Origin: a virus
Length of the DNA stretch: 64,000 nucleotides
Virus record (IMG/VR): IMGVR_UViG_3300030419_005456
Coordinates: 61,571 to 125,570 of that record
Strand: one strand, 5' to 3'
The notes beneath the pieces are model-generated. The model saw only the letters and a list, made by a program, of their open reading frames with translations. It ran no database searches and was not told the origin of the DNA. Shown one piece after another: positions 46,684 through 56,120 of the stretch. The first letter of the stretch is position 1, and every line of letters begins with the position of its first letter. The position numbers were made by a program, and so were the translations under genes.

Positions 46684-47166
46684 CTATTTTGCGAAAGCAT
46701 CGGCAACCAAAGCTACTACATCAGTATAGGTCTTTGCTTTAACACGTTCTCTCACTATTTTTACAGCATCAGCTTTAGTATGACCAGATTTGCGCAGTAT
46801 GTCTACAGCGTCCTTAATTACTTGTTGTGAAGTACCACTAGAATTGGGGGTAGGCTTCTCGCTATTAGAGGGGTTCTCTATTACGTTTTTAGTAACCCAA
46901 TTTCTAGCATTTGAATCACCGGCTTTTGCTTTTTCTATAGCGGTTCTGCATATGACATTCCAATCTTCTTCGGTCATGGGGTCACTACCAATGGGTTCTT
47001 CATCAATGTAATCACCATCGTCATCGTCATCTATGGCTATATATTGATCTATTGGTTTTACATTTATATAAGAAATAACAAAAATTATAATCGCAAGTAA
47101 GCAAAACCAAAAGTATGCTGCACCTTCGTATGGTTCAAACCCGTTCATTTGTGCTAGTGTCAACAT
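46684..47166 (-). CDS. Membrane-anchored protein with RuvA-C-terminal-like helices
   Basis: N-terminal TM; VIKDAVDILRKSGHTKADA. Confidence 0.5.
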   Translation of the reverse strand: MLTLAQMNGFEPYEGAAYFWFCLLAIIIFVISYINVKPIDQYIAIDDDDDGDYIDEEPIGSDPMTEEDWNVICRTAIEKAKAGDSNARNWVTKNVIENPSNSEKPTPNSSGTSQQVIKDAVDILRKSGHTKADAVKIVRERVKAKTYTDVVALVADAFAK

Positions 47167-47239
47167 TCAATTCTCCTTTTGTTCCCATTCTTCAACTTCT
47201 TGCATCATCATCATCCATACAACATATTCTTCTTCGTTC

Positions 47240-47267
47240 ATTGTACCATACTCTGAGCATTTGTCAA
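47240..47267 (-). promoter_or_regulatory. Sigma70-type promoter
   Basis: TTGACA-16-TACAAT with TG extension. Confidence 0.65.
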
Positions 47268-47273
47268 GTACAT

Positions 47274-47327
47274 AAAAAAGGGGGAGCAAGGCGAAAGCAC
47301 AAAAACCTCACTCCCCCCACACCAACA
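47274..47327 (-). terminator. Rho-independent terminator after rIIB
   Basis: GGGGGAGTGAGG...CCTTGCTCCCCC-TTTTTT. Confidence 0.75.
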
Positions 47328-47336
47328 ATAACGCAC

Positions 47337-48170
47337 TTAGGCTGTTACCATTTCTCTGTTCATCATCTTAGAGAAAACGGCAATGCGTTCACGAATGTTA
47401 TCTTTCCATGCCTCGTCGTACTGTACGCTTTTGGCAGGGGCATCACCCATGAACACAGCCTTATCAAACGGATCAGTAAATAACGCTACTACTTCGTACT
47501 TACAACAGCGTAGTTTTTGATAGCGTGAGCAAGTTGGCACACTAACTACGTCTTGAGGATTGACCTTGACAATGATGAACTGATCTCCACCATCCTCACT
47601 TCCATATTCTTTAACATAGTCGTGTGAGCCAACATGAAGTCCATGACTACAACCGTTATTACGATTGTTGTCTACACCTTCACGATCAATTTCAACCGTG
47701 TTACCGATGGAGTTGTCAAATTGTCCAGACCACTTATCCTTAAAGTCCTTGTCAACCGCTTTGTACGCAAGGAAGTGACCATCGTCTGTAATAGGAAGAT
47801 GCTCATGTTGCATAAAATCAAACAGTTCAACAATAGCCTTATCGGAAGGATTGGTGCTAAGGTTGTCTAGAAAGTTTAGCATTGGCTCGAAGTTGAAGCC
47901 CTCTCTTTTCATCTGAACAATACGATCAGTGAAAAGCTCTGGCATTTCCTGTCCATCCCAATGGAGTGTGCCATTCTTAACATCTACAAACCCTTCGCAA
48001 TAATGTTCGATTGCAGATTGGATGTCATAGGATGCTTCAAAATGTTCAACATTGCCATTCTCTAAATAAGCTACCAGCTTATCGTAGTTAGGGTGGTTTT
48101 TGTCAAAGGTATAGGTTTTTGAATCGACTACACAATTCACCACACCTTTATTGCTGATGATAAATTTCAT
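47337..48170 (-). CDS. rIIB: rIIB-like protein
   Basis: NPS...ELFDF, ITDDGHFLAYK, CSHGLHVG, VNPQDVVSVP, KLRCCKYEV. Confidence 0.9.
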   Translation of the reverse strand: MKFIISNKGVVNCVVDSKTYTFDKNHPNYDKLVAYLENGNVEHFEASYDIQSAIEHYCEGFVDVKNGTLHWDGQEMPELFTDRIVQMKREGFNFEPMLNFLDNLSTNPSDKAIVELFDFMQHEHLPITDDGHFLAYKAVDKDFKDKWSGQFDNSIGNTVEIDREGVDNNRNNGCSHGLHVGSHDYVKEYGSEDGGDQFIIVKVNPQDVVSVPTCSRYQKLRCCKYEVVALFTDPFDKAVFMGDAPAKSVQYDEAWKDNIRERIAVFSKMMNREMVTA

Positions 48171-48181
48171 TTTGTTTTTCC

Positions 48182-48412
48182 TTATTTAATTACTTCAAGA
48201 ACTTTTAGATCACTAATTTTTGATAGCGAAAACGATTTAACTACATCCTCGCTTTTTACCGTAACAAATGCTCCCTGCTGACCGAACCCAAAATCCACAA
48301 TAGTTCCAACCCTTGGTTTCTCATGGTAAGTAAATGACAGTTTTGCGTCATCTTGTAAAGCACGGCTAAGTAACGGTTTCAACTTACTAAAATTTTCTCC
48401 ACTAATTCTCAT
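48182..48412 (-). CDS. Small WYL/Sm-like protein
   Basis: LSFTY...R...KSFSLSKISDL. Confidence 0.5.
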   Translation of the reverse strand: MRISGENFSKLKPLLSRALQDDAKLSFTYHEKPRVGTIVDFGFGQQGAFVTVKSEDVVKSFSLSKISDLKVLEVIK

Positions 48413-50549
48413 TCTTTTCTCCTATCATATCAACATACTTTGCTAGTTCAATAGTTTCTTCATCTTCCCAGTAGCCGTAAGACCTGTGTTCAACGTACAG
48501 CCCTACTAGTGGAATGGTCTCTAGCATTTGCTCATATTTTTTCTCCCAATCAAAAAGGTTCTCGTTTACTTCAATATCACGGTATTGTAACCTATTCATG
48601 CTGAGTTTACTACATGCCATTTGGTATTTGTCTGCTTCCTCTTGTTTATCAGAATATTTGCTGTACATATCAGCATACTCTTTGAACAATGTAGGAGGGC
48701 TAGAGCAAAGCACCATGATTTTATTTAGGTGCTTCCAAGTTCTATCCGTAGCATGATGATACCAATTCAAAAACTCAGGATACCAAGATTCAATATCGTC
48801 TAAGTATTTAGAGGCAACAACAGTCCTAGCAAAATCTAATGCGTTAATCCACTGTCCATTAGCGTTGAACTTCTTTTGATTAATCGTAGCACTTTTAATG
48901 CCATAGATTTTAATCTCTCCGTTTTCAAGCGCTTCCCTTAACTCATCGTTTCCATGAGACTTGAGAATATTTACCATAGACTGGCATCCTACATAAGCCT
49001 TCACTTTGTTACCATCTTTTCTCTCAAAGATTTCGTAGCGATGTATTTCGACATAGTATCCACCCTCTTGCATGTCAACTTCGGTGTCACGCCAATAACC
49101 TCTATTGCCATCTGTTTCCCAAACGGCAACCTTGCTTCTAGCTACACCACTACCACCACTACTACGCCTGTAAGAAGTTGTACTAGGTAGATCAGATGTC
49201 TTTTTAATTACTTCTGGATTACACCCTAAAACTTCACAGATGGCTTCAACAGTAGTATTCCTGAAGAGGTACATTTCATGCTCGTTCTCTCCATACTTTT
49301 CAGCAGGGATTAAACCTCTTACATACTCTCTACTTCGGCCTATTCCTCCACGCCCCAAGTCGTCGATATATACATGAATTTTCTTTTTGCTAGTAAAGAC
49401 CATTTTGCTTCTATCATCGGACGAGATACTAGTTTTGTAATCATCCTTATAAATATGTTTGACATTAGAACCTTCTGGAAAATTAACAGCCATGCTCCAA
49501 CCCCCGCCTTCCCAGAGGTCTTTATCTTTCCACTTCAACTCGGTATCATCAAAAATACCAGTTAGTTTATTGAGCCAATTACCTCTGTCAGTAAGCTGGC
49601 AGTATTTTATGCGGGCATCCCAGAGGGTTTCAGATGATTCAAAACTTTCGCTAACTACATCTACCATTTCTAATAGCATAGCCTTAACTTTGGACTCAAT
49701 GGCATCTTTCGTATACTTATTATAACTAAGTGCCTCACGACTTGGCGTTATATCTAATTCACCAATTTCAAAATAAATATTAATTGGTGCTTGGCAAATG
49801 GTAAAGATGTCACCTTCAAACACATCTGCCTCAATCGGATAAGCAACCTGCCCCATAATGGCTACGGAATGACCATACCTTTCTGATCTAACCTTCCAGA
49901 AATCACCCTCAACGGTATAGTCGAATTTTTCAACTTCCATTGGATGGCCTAAAAACTCTGGCTGAGTATTGAAGTATTTGTATACCTCTTCAGCTTCGTC
50001 ACAAAATTCACCGCAGTCATATTCATCTACGGCAAATGTTACTTCAACACCATTAGGTTCGGACGTATTACTTTCGTCAAGCAAAGCAAACACGGGTTGG
50101 TCATGCTCATTCTTATAAGCATTATAGGTACGTTTAACACCATTAAAATATGACGTAACAGAAAAGCTATCTGTATATGCAAAAGGGGATTTGCTACCTA
50201 AACCCAAACAGCCAACAGCGTCGTTGGTATTGGTTTTATTTGAACCAAAGTAAGTAGTGTAAAGATTCATACAATCTTCGTGAGACAGACCAGTGCCAAA
50301 GTCACGAATAGAAAAATATTGTTCCATGCGGTGCGGCATGTGGACGACAAAGGGTTTCTCAGGGCATCCAGCATCAACGTGAGAGTCATACGCATTGGTA
50401 GACAGTTCACGGACAACCGCCTTGATCTTATTGGCGTACAGGCCATCTGAGAGAATTGAGAACGCCTTAGCAGACGCTTCAATACTATAGTTAGATTCCT
50501 CGAAGGAACCGGAACGGACAATCGTGTTAGTGTTTTCTTGCAACTTCAT
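48402..50549 (-). CDS. rIIA: rIIA-like protein (N-terminal GHKL ATPase)
   Basis: LYANKIKAVVRELSTNAYDSH, IRDFGTG, GCLGLGSKSPFAY; start 50549 after GGAGAG. Confidence 0.9.
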   Translation of the reverse strand: MKLQENTNTIVRSGSFEESNYSIEASAKAFSILSDGLYANKIKAVVRELSTNAYDSHVDAGCPEKPFVVHMPHRMEQYFSIRDFGTGLSHEDCMNLYTTYFGSNKTNTNDAVGCLGLGSKSPFAYTDSFSVTSYFNGVKRTYNAYKNEHDQPVFALLDESNTSEPNGVEVTFAVDEYDCGEFCDEAEEVYKYFNTQPEFLGHPMEVEKFDYTVEGDFWKVRSERYGHSVAIMGQVAYPIEADVFEGDIFTICQAPINIYFEIGELDITPSREALSYNKYTKDAIESKVKAMLLEMVDVVSESFESSETLWDARIKYCQLTDRGNWLNKLTGIFDDTELKWKDKDLWEGGGWSMAVNFPEGSNVKHIYKDDYKTSISSDDRSKMVFTSKKKIHVYIDDLGRGGIGRSREYVRGLIPAEKYGENEHEMYLFRNTTVEAICEVLGCNPEVIKKTSDLPSTTSYRRSSGGSGVARSKVAVWETDGNRGYWRDTEVDMQEGGYYVEIHRYEIFERKDGNKVKAYVGCQSMVNILKSHGNDELREALENGEIKIYGIKSATINQKKFNANGQWINALDFARTVVASKYLDDIESWYPEFLNWYHHATDRTWKHLNKIMVLCSSPPTLFKEYADMYSKYSDKQEEADKYQMACSKLSMNRLQYRDIEVNENLFDWEKKYEQMLETIPLVGLYVEHRSYGYWEDEETIELAKYVDMIGEKNEN

Positions 50550-50595
50550 GCTTTCGCTCTCCAAAAATAAATATGCTTTCAACAACCTTACCCCT

Positions 50596-50623
50596 AGTTT
50601 ATCGGCAGGTTCGCAGAAGTCAA
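50596..50623 (-). promoter_or_regulatory. Sigma70-type promoter for rIIA
   Basis: TTGACT-16-TAAACT. Confidence 0.5.
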
Positions 50624-50667
50624 TTACTTTTTTTTGAAATTTGGCGAAAACTTTTTGATTGGGTGTA

Positions 50668-50949
50668 TTATTTGTACTCTGGTAAAATGCCAAGCTCTAT
50701 CATTTGACTACCAACCACCATCATTATAATGTTAGGATTGCTGTTCCATTCACCATCTAAATTAACCTCGTTAAAAGGTAGACTGGTTACTGTACTAAAT
50801 GCTATATCTGTCATTTCGTCTAAATATTTTTCATCCTCTGTCTTATCAAATCTTTTTACTAAACCAACAAACTGTACTATCGCTTCTTGCAAATTTGGAT
50901 TATCATAGCATTTTTTTAATTCATCTACTGATATATCACTAATTTTCAT
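50668..50949 (-). CDS. Hypothetical protein
   Basis: ORF overlapping upstream stop. Confidence 0.55.
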   Translation of the reverse strand: MKISDISVDELKKCYDNPNLQEAIVQFVGLVKRFDKTEDEKYLDEMTDIAFSTVTSLPFNEVNLDGEWNSNPNIIMMVVGSQMIELGILPEYK

Positions 50950-52049
50950 AAAAGTTTATTTAATGTGTCATTAAACTCCTCATAGGGTATGTGGCTATAG
51001 GTTAAACGTCTGTCCAGACCAAATGCTCTGTCCAGAAGTCCTCTTGCCATTATATCAGCTACACTAGCGATTGAAAAGGCAGTTGCCTTCTGCATGGCGG
51101 TAAAGTTCTTCACATCTTCAAACGAGCCTTTATCGGCGTTGACTAGAATCTCTTTATTCCAACTTAGATCGCCTTTCGTAACAACAGTCTTTAGTATGAC
51201 TAAATCCCTTCGGTCAACACTGTGCCAGTAATTGTCTGCGCAACCTTTTTCAAATATATGCCTGAGACAATCTTCAGGAAGTTCGCACCTGTCTATCAGA
51301 AATTTTACTAGCTTACAGTGACCGGTATATCTGAGGGTTTTATAAGAACAATGCTTAACACCTCTATCTTTCATTGTATGAATAGTATGTGAGGAACCAC
51401 CGCTTGTATAAAATGCTTCTAGTTCTCCCAGATTCTCTGTCATTACAGATTGTAGACCATCCATTCCATAAACCTGTTCCAATTCTCCATTAATCAACAC
51501 TTCACAGTCATCTCTGTATTCATTTATTAAACCGTCTATAGACCAAGTAACAGTATAATTTAATGGATTGTTATTTTGTACAAGAGGAAGTCCACCAACC
51601 ATCATAGAAATTTCATCAGCACCACCTAGTTGCTGAAAACCCTGTTCGGCAAGTATATTAATCCAACCGGGAGCTAAACCTAAGTCTGTCATCACCGGCT
51701 TGGCAGCAATATCTTTTGCTCTATAATTAATTTCTTGACTTACAGGGACACTACCACCTAAGTCACAGTATCTAATACCATTATCCATGCAGTAATTTGC
51801 TACAATTTGGGTTTGATGGTACGGAAGTGCAGAGATAACTACGTTTGGTTTGTGTGCCAATACCCGATGGATTTCTGTTTCTAAATCATCAACGGCTTGT
51901 AGCTGATAATTGCTTATACCTAAGCCGCCTATATTATCCTTAAGAATTTTAATATCTTTATCTATAACAAACAAGCTATAGCCCATTTTATTCATGGCAT
52001 AGGCTATAGCTGTACCCATTCTTCCTGAACCAAATATTGCGGCTTTCAT
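50946..52049 (-). CDS. Saccharopine dehydrogenase / lysine 6-dehydrogenase family
   Basis: GSGRMG, CDLGG, GLAPG, WSIDGLINEY, EAFYTSGG, YKTLRYTGH. Confidence 0.88.
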   Translation of the reverse strand: MKAAIFGSGRMGTAIAYAMNKMGYSLFVIDKDIKILKDNIGGLGISNYQLQAVDDLETEIHRVLAHKPNVVISALPYHQTQIVANYCMDNGIRYCDLGGSVPVSQEINYRAKDIAAKPVMTDLGLAPGWINILAEQGFQQLGGADEISMMVGGLPLVQNNNPLNYTVTWSIDGLINEYRDDCEVLINGELEQVYGMDGLQSVMTENLGELEAFYTSGGSSHTIHTMKDRGVKHCSYKTLRYTGHCKLVKFLIDRCELPEDCLRHIFEKGCADNYWHSVDRRDLVILKTVVTKGDLSWNKEILVNADKGSFEDVKNFTAMQKATAFSIASVADIMARGLLDRAFGLDRRLTYSHIPYEEFNDTLNKLL

Positions 52050-52051
52050 TG

Positions 52052-53074
52052 TTACACCCTATATCTTGCGTTTGGATTTCTGTGATAACTTTCAATCCAT
52101 CTAACATCACCTTCGTCAGATTTCATAAAAACACTATTGGTATGGAGGTTCTTACCAAAACTACGAACGCCTCTTAGTATGCTCCCGTGTGTTATTCCTG
52201 TTGCGGCAAAAGCACAAGTGCCTGATATTAAATGTTCTGTTGGAATGATGTCACCAACAGCATACCACCGTTCGGATTCGTGAGAAAAAACGGGGTCTAA
52301 ATTTCCTGTCAAATCTTGGTCGTATATCTGTGCTTCAATTCCACCACCCAGTATTTTAATTGCGGCAGTAGAAATAACTGTTTCTGGTGAGCCACCAATA
52401 CCATATAAAAAATCTACATTGCTGTCTGGTAAACATGCGGCAACAGCACCAACAATATCACAATCCTGAAGGAGTTTTATTCTAACGCCTAAAATTCTTA
52501 ATTTTTGTATGATCTTACTGTGTCTTTCCCTGTTTAGAACACAAACCATCAATTCAGATATTGGTTTCTTAGTTGCTTCAGAAGCCAGCCTTAAATTTTC
52601 CTCTAGAGGATTTCTAAGTGATAATTCTGTTTTGTTTTTAATCTTACTTCCATATACTATTTTATTCATATAGAAGTGATCTGTATGAAACATACTACCC
52701 TTAGTGCCTACTGCTATAGCGGATATAGCTTCTGGCCCAGATGTTACAGTTGGTGTAGTTCCTTCTATTGGATCAACTGCAATATCATGCCAGATAATAG
52801 GCTTGTCTCCATATAGTTGTTTATATCTACTTGTATTTTTTGTCCATATGTCAGCTTCTTTTCCTACAACTTCACCATCAAATATACCAAAAGATTTATC
52901 CTTCTTTCCTTCTCCCATTACAACCTTCCCAGCAAAGTCTTGCTTGAGTAAGGCTTCTTTCATTGCTTCCGTAGCGGCTCTATCAGCTTCTTCTTTTTGT
53001 CCAGAGCCTATAAAATCAAAAGCCGCTATAGCGGCGGCTTCTGTAGATTTAATTAAGTCTATAGAAATGTTCAC
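52052..53074 (-). CDS. glpX: Class II fructose-1,6-bisphosphatase
   Basis: TEAAA, AD.AA.EAM, GEG, AVDPIEGT, YMNK, GIGGSPE, ATGIT.G..L.GV. Confidence 0.9.
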   Translation of the reverse strand: MNISIDLIKSTEAAAIAAFDFIGSGQKEEADRAATEAMKEALLKQDFAGKVVMGEGKKDKSFGIFDGEVVGKEADIWTKNTSRYKQLYGDKPIIWHDIAVDPIEGTTPTVTSGPEAISAIAVGTKGSMFHTDHFYMNKIVYGSKIKNKTELSLRNPLEENLRLASEATKKPISELMVCVLNRERHSKIIQKLRILGVRIKLLQDCDIVGAVAACLPDSNVDFLYGIGGSPETVISTAAIKILGGGIEAQIYDQDLTGNLDPVFSHESERWYAVGDIIPTEHLISGTCAFAATGITHGSILRGVRSFGKNLHTNSVFMKSDEGDVRWIESYHRNPNARYRV

Positions 53075-53077
53075 TGT

Positions 53078-54556
53078 TTATTTCATCCCTTGTGGAAAAC
53101 TTAGCTTGTCGTCGTGATTAACAGTCCAAGATACTTCATGCGTTACTGCTCTAACGGTTCTAGCCGCAGAAGGATACCCATTACCAGATTTCTTTACGCC
53201 ACCGAACGCCATATGTGATTCAGCAGCGATAGAACCACCATTCCAATAGCACATACCATAGTCACAGCTATCACGACAAATTCTTGCCTTCTTAAAGTCT
53301 TCGGTGATAACTCCCACAGCCAAACCATAGTCAGTATCGTTATAAATTCTAATAGCATCGTCAATAGTATCAAAAGGAATAATGGCGACATGTGGCCCAA
53401 ATACCTCCTCTTTTAGATATGGAGCATCTCTCCATTCAGTAGCATATACTGTTGGGCTTACATACCAACCAGCATCTGATTTTTCTCCTTTAACAACAAC
53501 CCTAGCCTGTGGGTCATTAAATACTAATTCGTTATACTTTAGAACTCTATTTAACTGTTGTTCATTAATAAGTGGCCCCATGTATTCTGGTTGTTCAACA
53601 AAAGGGTCACCACCTTTTATATTAGAAGCAAAATGCTTAAACGACTCTACAAATCTATCGTATATTCCCCTCTGCACTATGATTCTACCAGCCGACACAC
53701 ATCTTTGGCCTGATAGCTTAAACGAACTGGCTAGACTAGCTGAAACAGCTAGATCGAAATTGGCATCATTAAATACTATAACAGCAGACTTGCTACCCAT
53801 TTCGCAAGAGCATGTTTTGTGCCAGCTATTAGCACAAACTCTTCTAATGTGTTGTCCAACTTCAGCGCTTCCGGTAAAGCATATATGGTCTACTAAATCA
53901 TTGTTAGCTAACCAATCGCCCACTTTGCCATCACCGTGTATTAAGTTAAATACACCTGCTGGTATACCGGCCTCTTCATAAATCTCTGTGGCTAGTTGTG
54001 ATGAGTAAGGTGCATCTTCGCTGGGCTTGAGTATGACCGTATTGCCTTCCACCAAAGCAGGAGCAGCACACCAATAAGCACCAATAGCAAGGGGAAAGTT
54101 CCAAGGACTAATAATCGCAACAAGTCCCTTCGGTTTTCGTAGCATGTACGAGTCTTTTTCAGAAATTTCGGACGCAATAGCTTCTCCATAGGGCATCCTC
54201 CCTAAAGAGAACGCATATTGAGCCATATGCAATGCTTCGTTTACTTCTGCAATAGACTCGTTGTAATTCTTGCCTGTTTCTAAAGATATGCACTCGGCAA
54301 GCTCCTCTTTTCTTCTTTCTATAATTTCAGCAACTTTAAGCATGTAGTCGGCACGCTTAAATCGACTGATGGATTTCCACTCCTTAAATGCTTCCTTAGC
54401 AATCTCACAAGTATGGTCTACTTCAGAGTGGCTTGTGTTTATATATAATCCTATTGTTTCACAATTACACGGGTTAATATTATTAAACGAACTTCTTGAT
54501 TCTGCTAAACGCCAGCTACCATCAACATAATTTTTTCCGGTTTGTTTTTTATTCAT
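53078..54556 (-). CDS. NAD-dependent aldehyde dehydrogenase
   Basis: PWNFP, KPSE, FTGS, EMGSK, GQRC, EEVFGP, FGGVKKSG. Confidence 0.95.
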   Translation of the reverse strand: MNKKQTGKNYVDGSWRLAESRSSFNNINPCNCETIGLYINTSHSEVDHTCEIAKEAFKEWKSISRFKRADYMLKVAEIIERRKEELAECISLETGKNYNESIAEVNEALHMAQYAFSLGRMPYGEAIASEISEKDSYMLRKPKGLVAIISPWNFPLAIGAYWCAAPALVEGNTVILKPSEDAPYSSQLATEIYEEAGIPAGVFNLIHGDGKVGDWLANNDLVDHICFTGSAEVGQHIRRVCANSWHKTCSCEMGSKSAVIVFNDANFDLAVSASLASSFKLSGQRCVSAGRIIVQRGIYDRFVESFKHFASNIKGGDPFVEQPEYMGPLINEQQLNRVLKYNELVFNDPQARVVVKGEKSDAGWYVSPTVYATEWRDAPYLKEEVFGPHVAIIPFDTIDDAIRIYNDTDYGLAVGVITEDFKKARICRDSCDYGMCYWNGGSIAAESHMAFGGVKKSGNGYPSAARTVRAVTHEVSWTVNHDDKLSFPQGMK

Positions 54557-55085
54557 CTCGTTCCTCGCTAGATAGCATTAAGTCTTTTACATTATCTTGA
54601 CAGAACCCTTGAGCATCTCTATCTCTCTCTATAAACTCATAAACTACCCCCGTTAATTCAACAGGTTCAGTAAAGCACTGAATTAAACCGGGGCATGATA
54701 GTGGTTTTTCTGTTGTAAATTTAGCCCAACCTTTTTCTTTCCACTCTTTCATGGTATCTTTAACAGACTCGACTTGATAGGCTATATGGTGTATGCCTCC
54801 AATGTTATTTCTTTCCGCTACCCATTTTCCTACAATAGAATCAGGAGTACCATCAGAAACAAATATTTCGGGAGCCATGTGTAAATCCCAAACCCCCATG
54901 TGGATAAACCTGTGCGGCATAACTTTAATTTTTTCGGGGGGTGCTAAAGCAAAACACTTAGCTACTGAACCGTTATCAAAACTGATCTCAAAATCATCCT
55001 GCACCTTGTACTTCAAGGCTTCCGTAAAGAAAGAGACAGTTTTGTGCCTATCTTTGACCCTGTATGCTATGTGGTCTATTCGCAT
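54549..55085 (-). CDS. VOC-family metalloenzyme (HPPD C-terminal-like)
   Basis: IDHIAYRV...IHHIAYQV...LIQCFT...YEFIER...GF...NVKDLM.S. Confidence 0.8.
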   Translation of the reverse strand: MRIDHIAYRVKDRHKTVSFFTEALKYKVQDDFEISFDNGSVAKCFALAPPEKIKVMPHRFIHMGVWDLHMAPEIFVSDGTPDSIVGKWVAERNNIGGIHHIAYQVESVKDTMKEWKEKGWAKFTTEKPLSCPGLIQCFTEPVELTGVVYEFIERDRDAQGFCQDNVKDLMLSSEERDE

Positions 55086-55107
55086 CGTGCTTCCCCCTTA
55101 TGTAATG

Positions 55108-55181
<74 letters not shown>

Positions 55182-55187
55182 GTATGT

Positions 55188-55442
55188 CTACACAATATCG
55201 TCTAGGTATGACAATATATCCTCTGTATCATATATTTTTTCTTGAGGAATTTCAATAGAAAAAGGCTCCCTATCAGAAAGGAAGCCTCTTTCGCTTACAA
55301 AGAAGGTATCTTCAAACTCAACCGCAGATAAATCGTCTATATTAGTAAGAACTTCTCTTCTGAGAGATTTTATGCAAGCCTTCATGGGATGGGTAGAGTC
55401 TATTACTGTTTTTAGGTTTCCACTTTCTACATAATATTTCAT
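55188..55442 (-). CDS. Hypothetical protein
   Basis: MKYYVESG...VSERGF. Confidence 0.6.
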   Translation of the reverse strand: MKYYVESGNLKTVIDSTHPMKACIKSLRREVLTNIDDLSAVEFEDTFFVSERGFLSDREPFSIEIPQEKIYDTEDILSYLDDIV

Positions 55443-55648
55443 TCTTTATTTTCTACCCCTTCTTCTTCATCTTTTTCTTTACGAAAAGGTTTTAGTTTAG
55501 TTCTATTTTGAAACTGTATCTTTTCAACCTCTCTTTTAAGTCTTGCTTCTTCTCTGATATTGGCACGCCTTCTTTTCATCTTATTGTCACGCGCTCTACG
55601 TTTCTTCACGGCTTTTTTATATGCTTTTTTATTCTTATAATCGCTCAT
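55439..55648 (-). CDS. Basic hypothetical protein
   Basis: K/R-rich helix directly downstream of tmRNA. Confidence 0.55.
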   Translation of the reverse strand: MSDYKNKKAYKKAVKKRRARDNKMKRRRANIREEARLKREVEKIQFQNRTKLKPFRKEKDEEEGVENKE

Positions 55649-55669
55649 AGGCTTCCTTGCCGAATTAAG

Positions 55670-56005
55670 TGGAGGCGGCGGGAGTCGAACCCGCGTCCTG
55701 TATTACTTCCATACCAGTATCTACATTGTTATTCTATTGTATTAACACAATAGACAAAGCTATCCGATTATCGGAGTCAGGTTGAATACAACCATTTGGC
55801 ATATTAATTTAGGTTAGCCATCCCTATCCGAATTATCGGAGTCAATACAATTTGGTAATAAGGTTTGTATAACCCCAGACGACTAAGCCGCCATTGCGAA
55901 ACTATGTTCAGCAATTAAAAATATAATCGGTTTTTATACTGGCCTACCGATCAACCAGTCAATGCAACTAATACTTCCGCAACCAGTCGATGCCATTTCG
56001 CCCCC
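55670..56005 (-). ncRNA. ssrA: tmRNA, tag (A)AEHSFAMAA
   Basis: 5' GGGGGCG...TCGAC; 3' GCGGGTTCGACTCCCGC-CGCCTCCA with G3-U; tag ORF 55912-55883 ending AA-stop. Confidence 0.93.
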
Positions 56006-56024
56006 AATAAAAACTTTAATAGTT

Positions 56025-56102
56025 GTAACTTCTTTTGCAACAAGGACTTACAGTTATGGCAAAATAGCCAAAACCATAAGTCCTTTAACCGCAAGGGTTT
56101 GC
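56025..56102. repeat. Two imperfect palindromes, consensus TAAGTCCTT-N7-AAGGACTTA
   Basis: 56025-56051 GTAACTTCTT-N7-AAGGACTTAC; 56076-56102 ATAAGTCCTT-N7-AAGGGTTTGC. Confidence 0.5.
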
Positions 56103-56120
56103 AATGATTATCGTAATAAA

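Noticed and set aside
47167-47241. Short ORF MNEEEYVVWMMMMQEVEEWEQKEN with a GAT/ATG microsatellite
   Set aside because: Its ATG overlaps the -10 box of the predicted promoter and it has no RBS, so it cannot be supported.
50550-50693. N-terminal extensions given by the ORF track (rIIA, and similarly ORFs starting at 4156, 4599, 33341, 34357, 40021)
   Set aside because: They overlap promoters, terminators or upstream genes; downstream starts with an RBS or stop/start coupling fit better.
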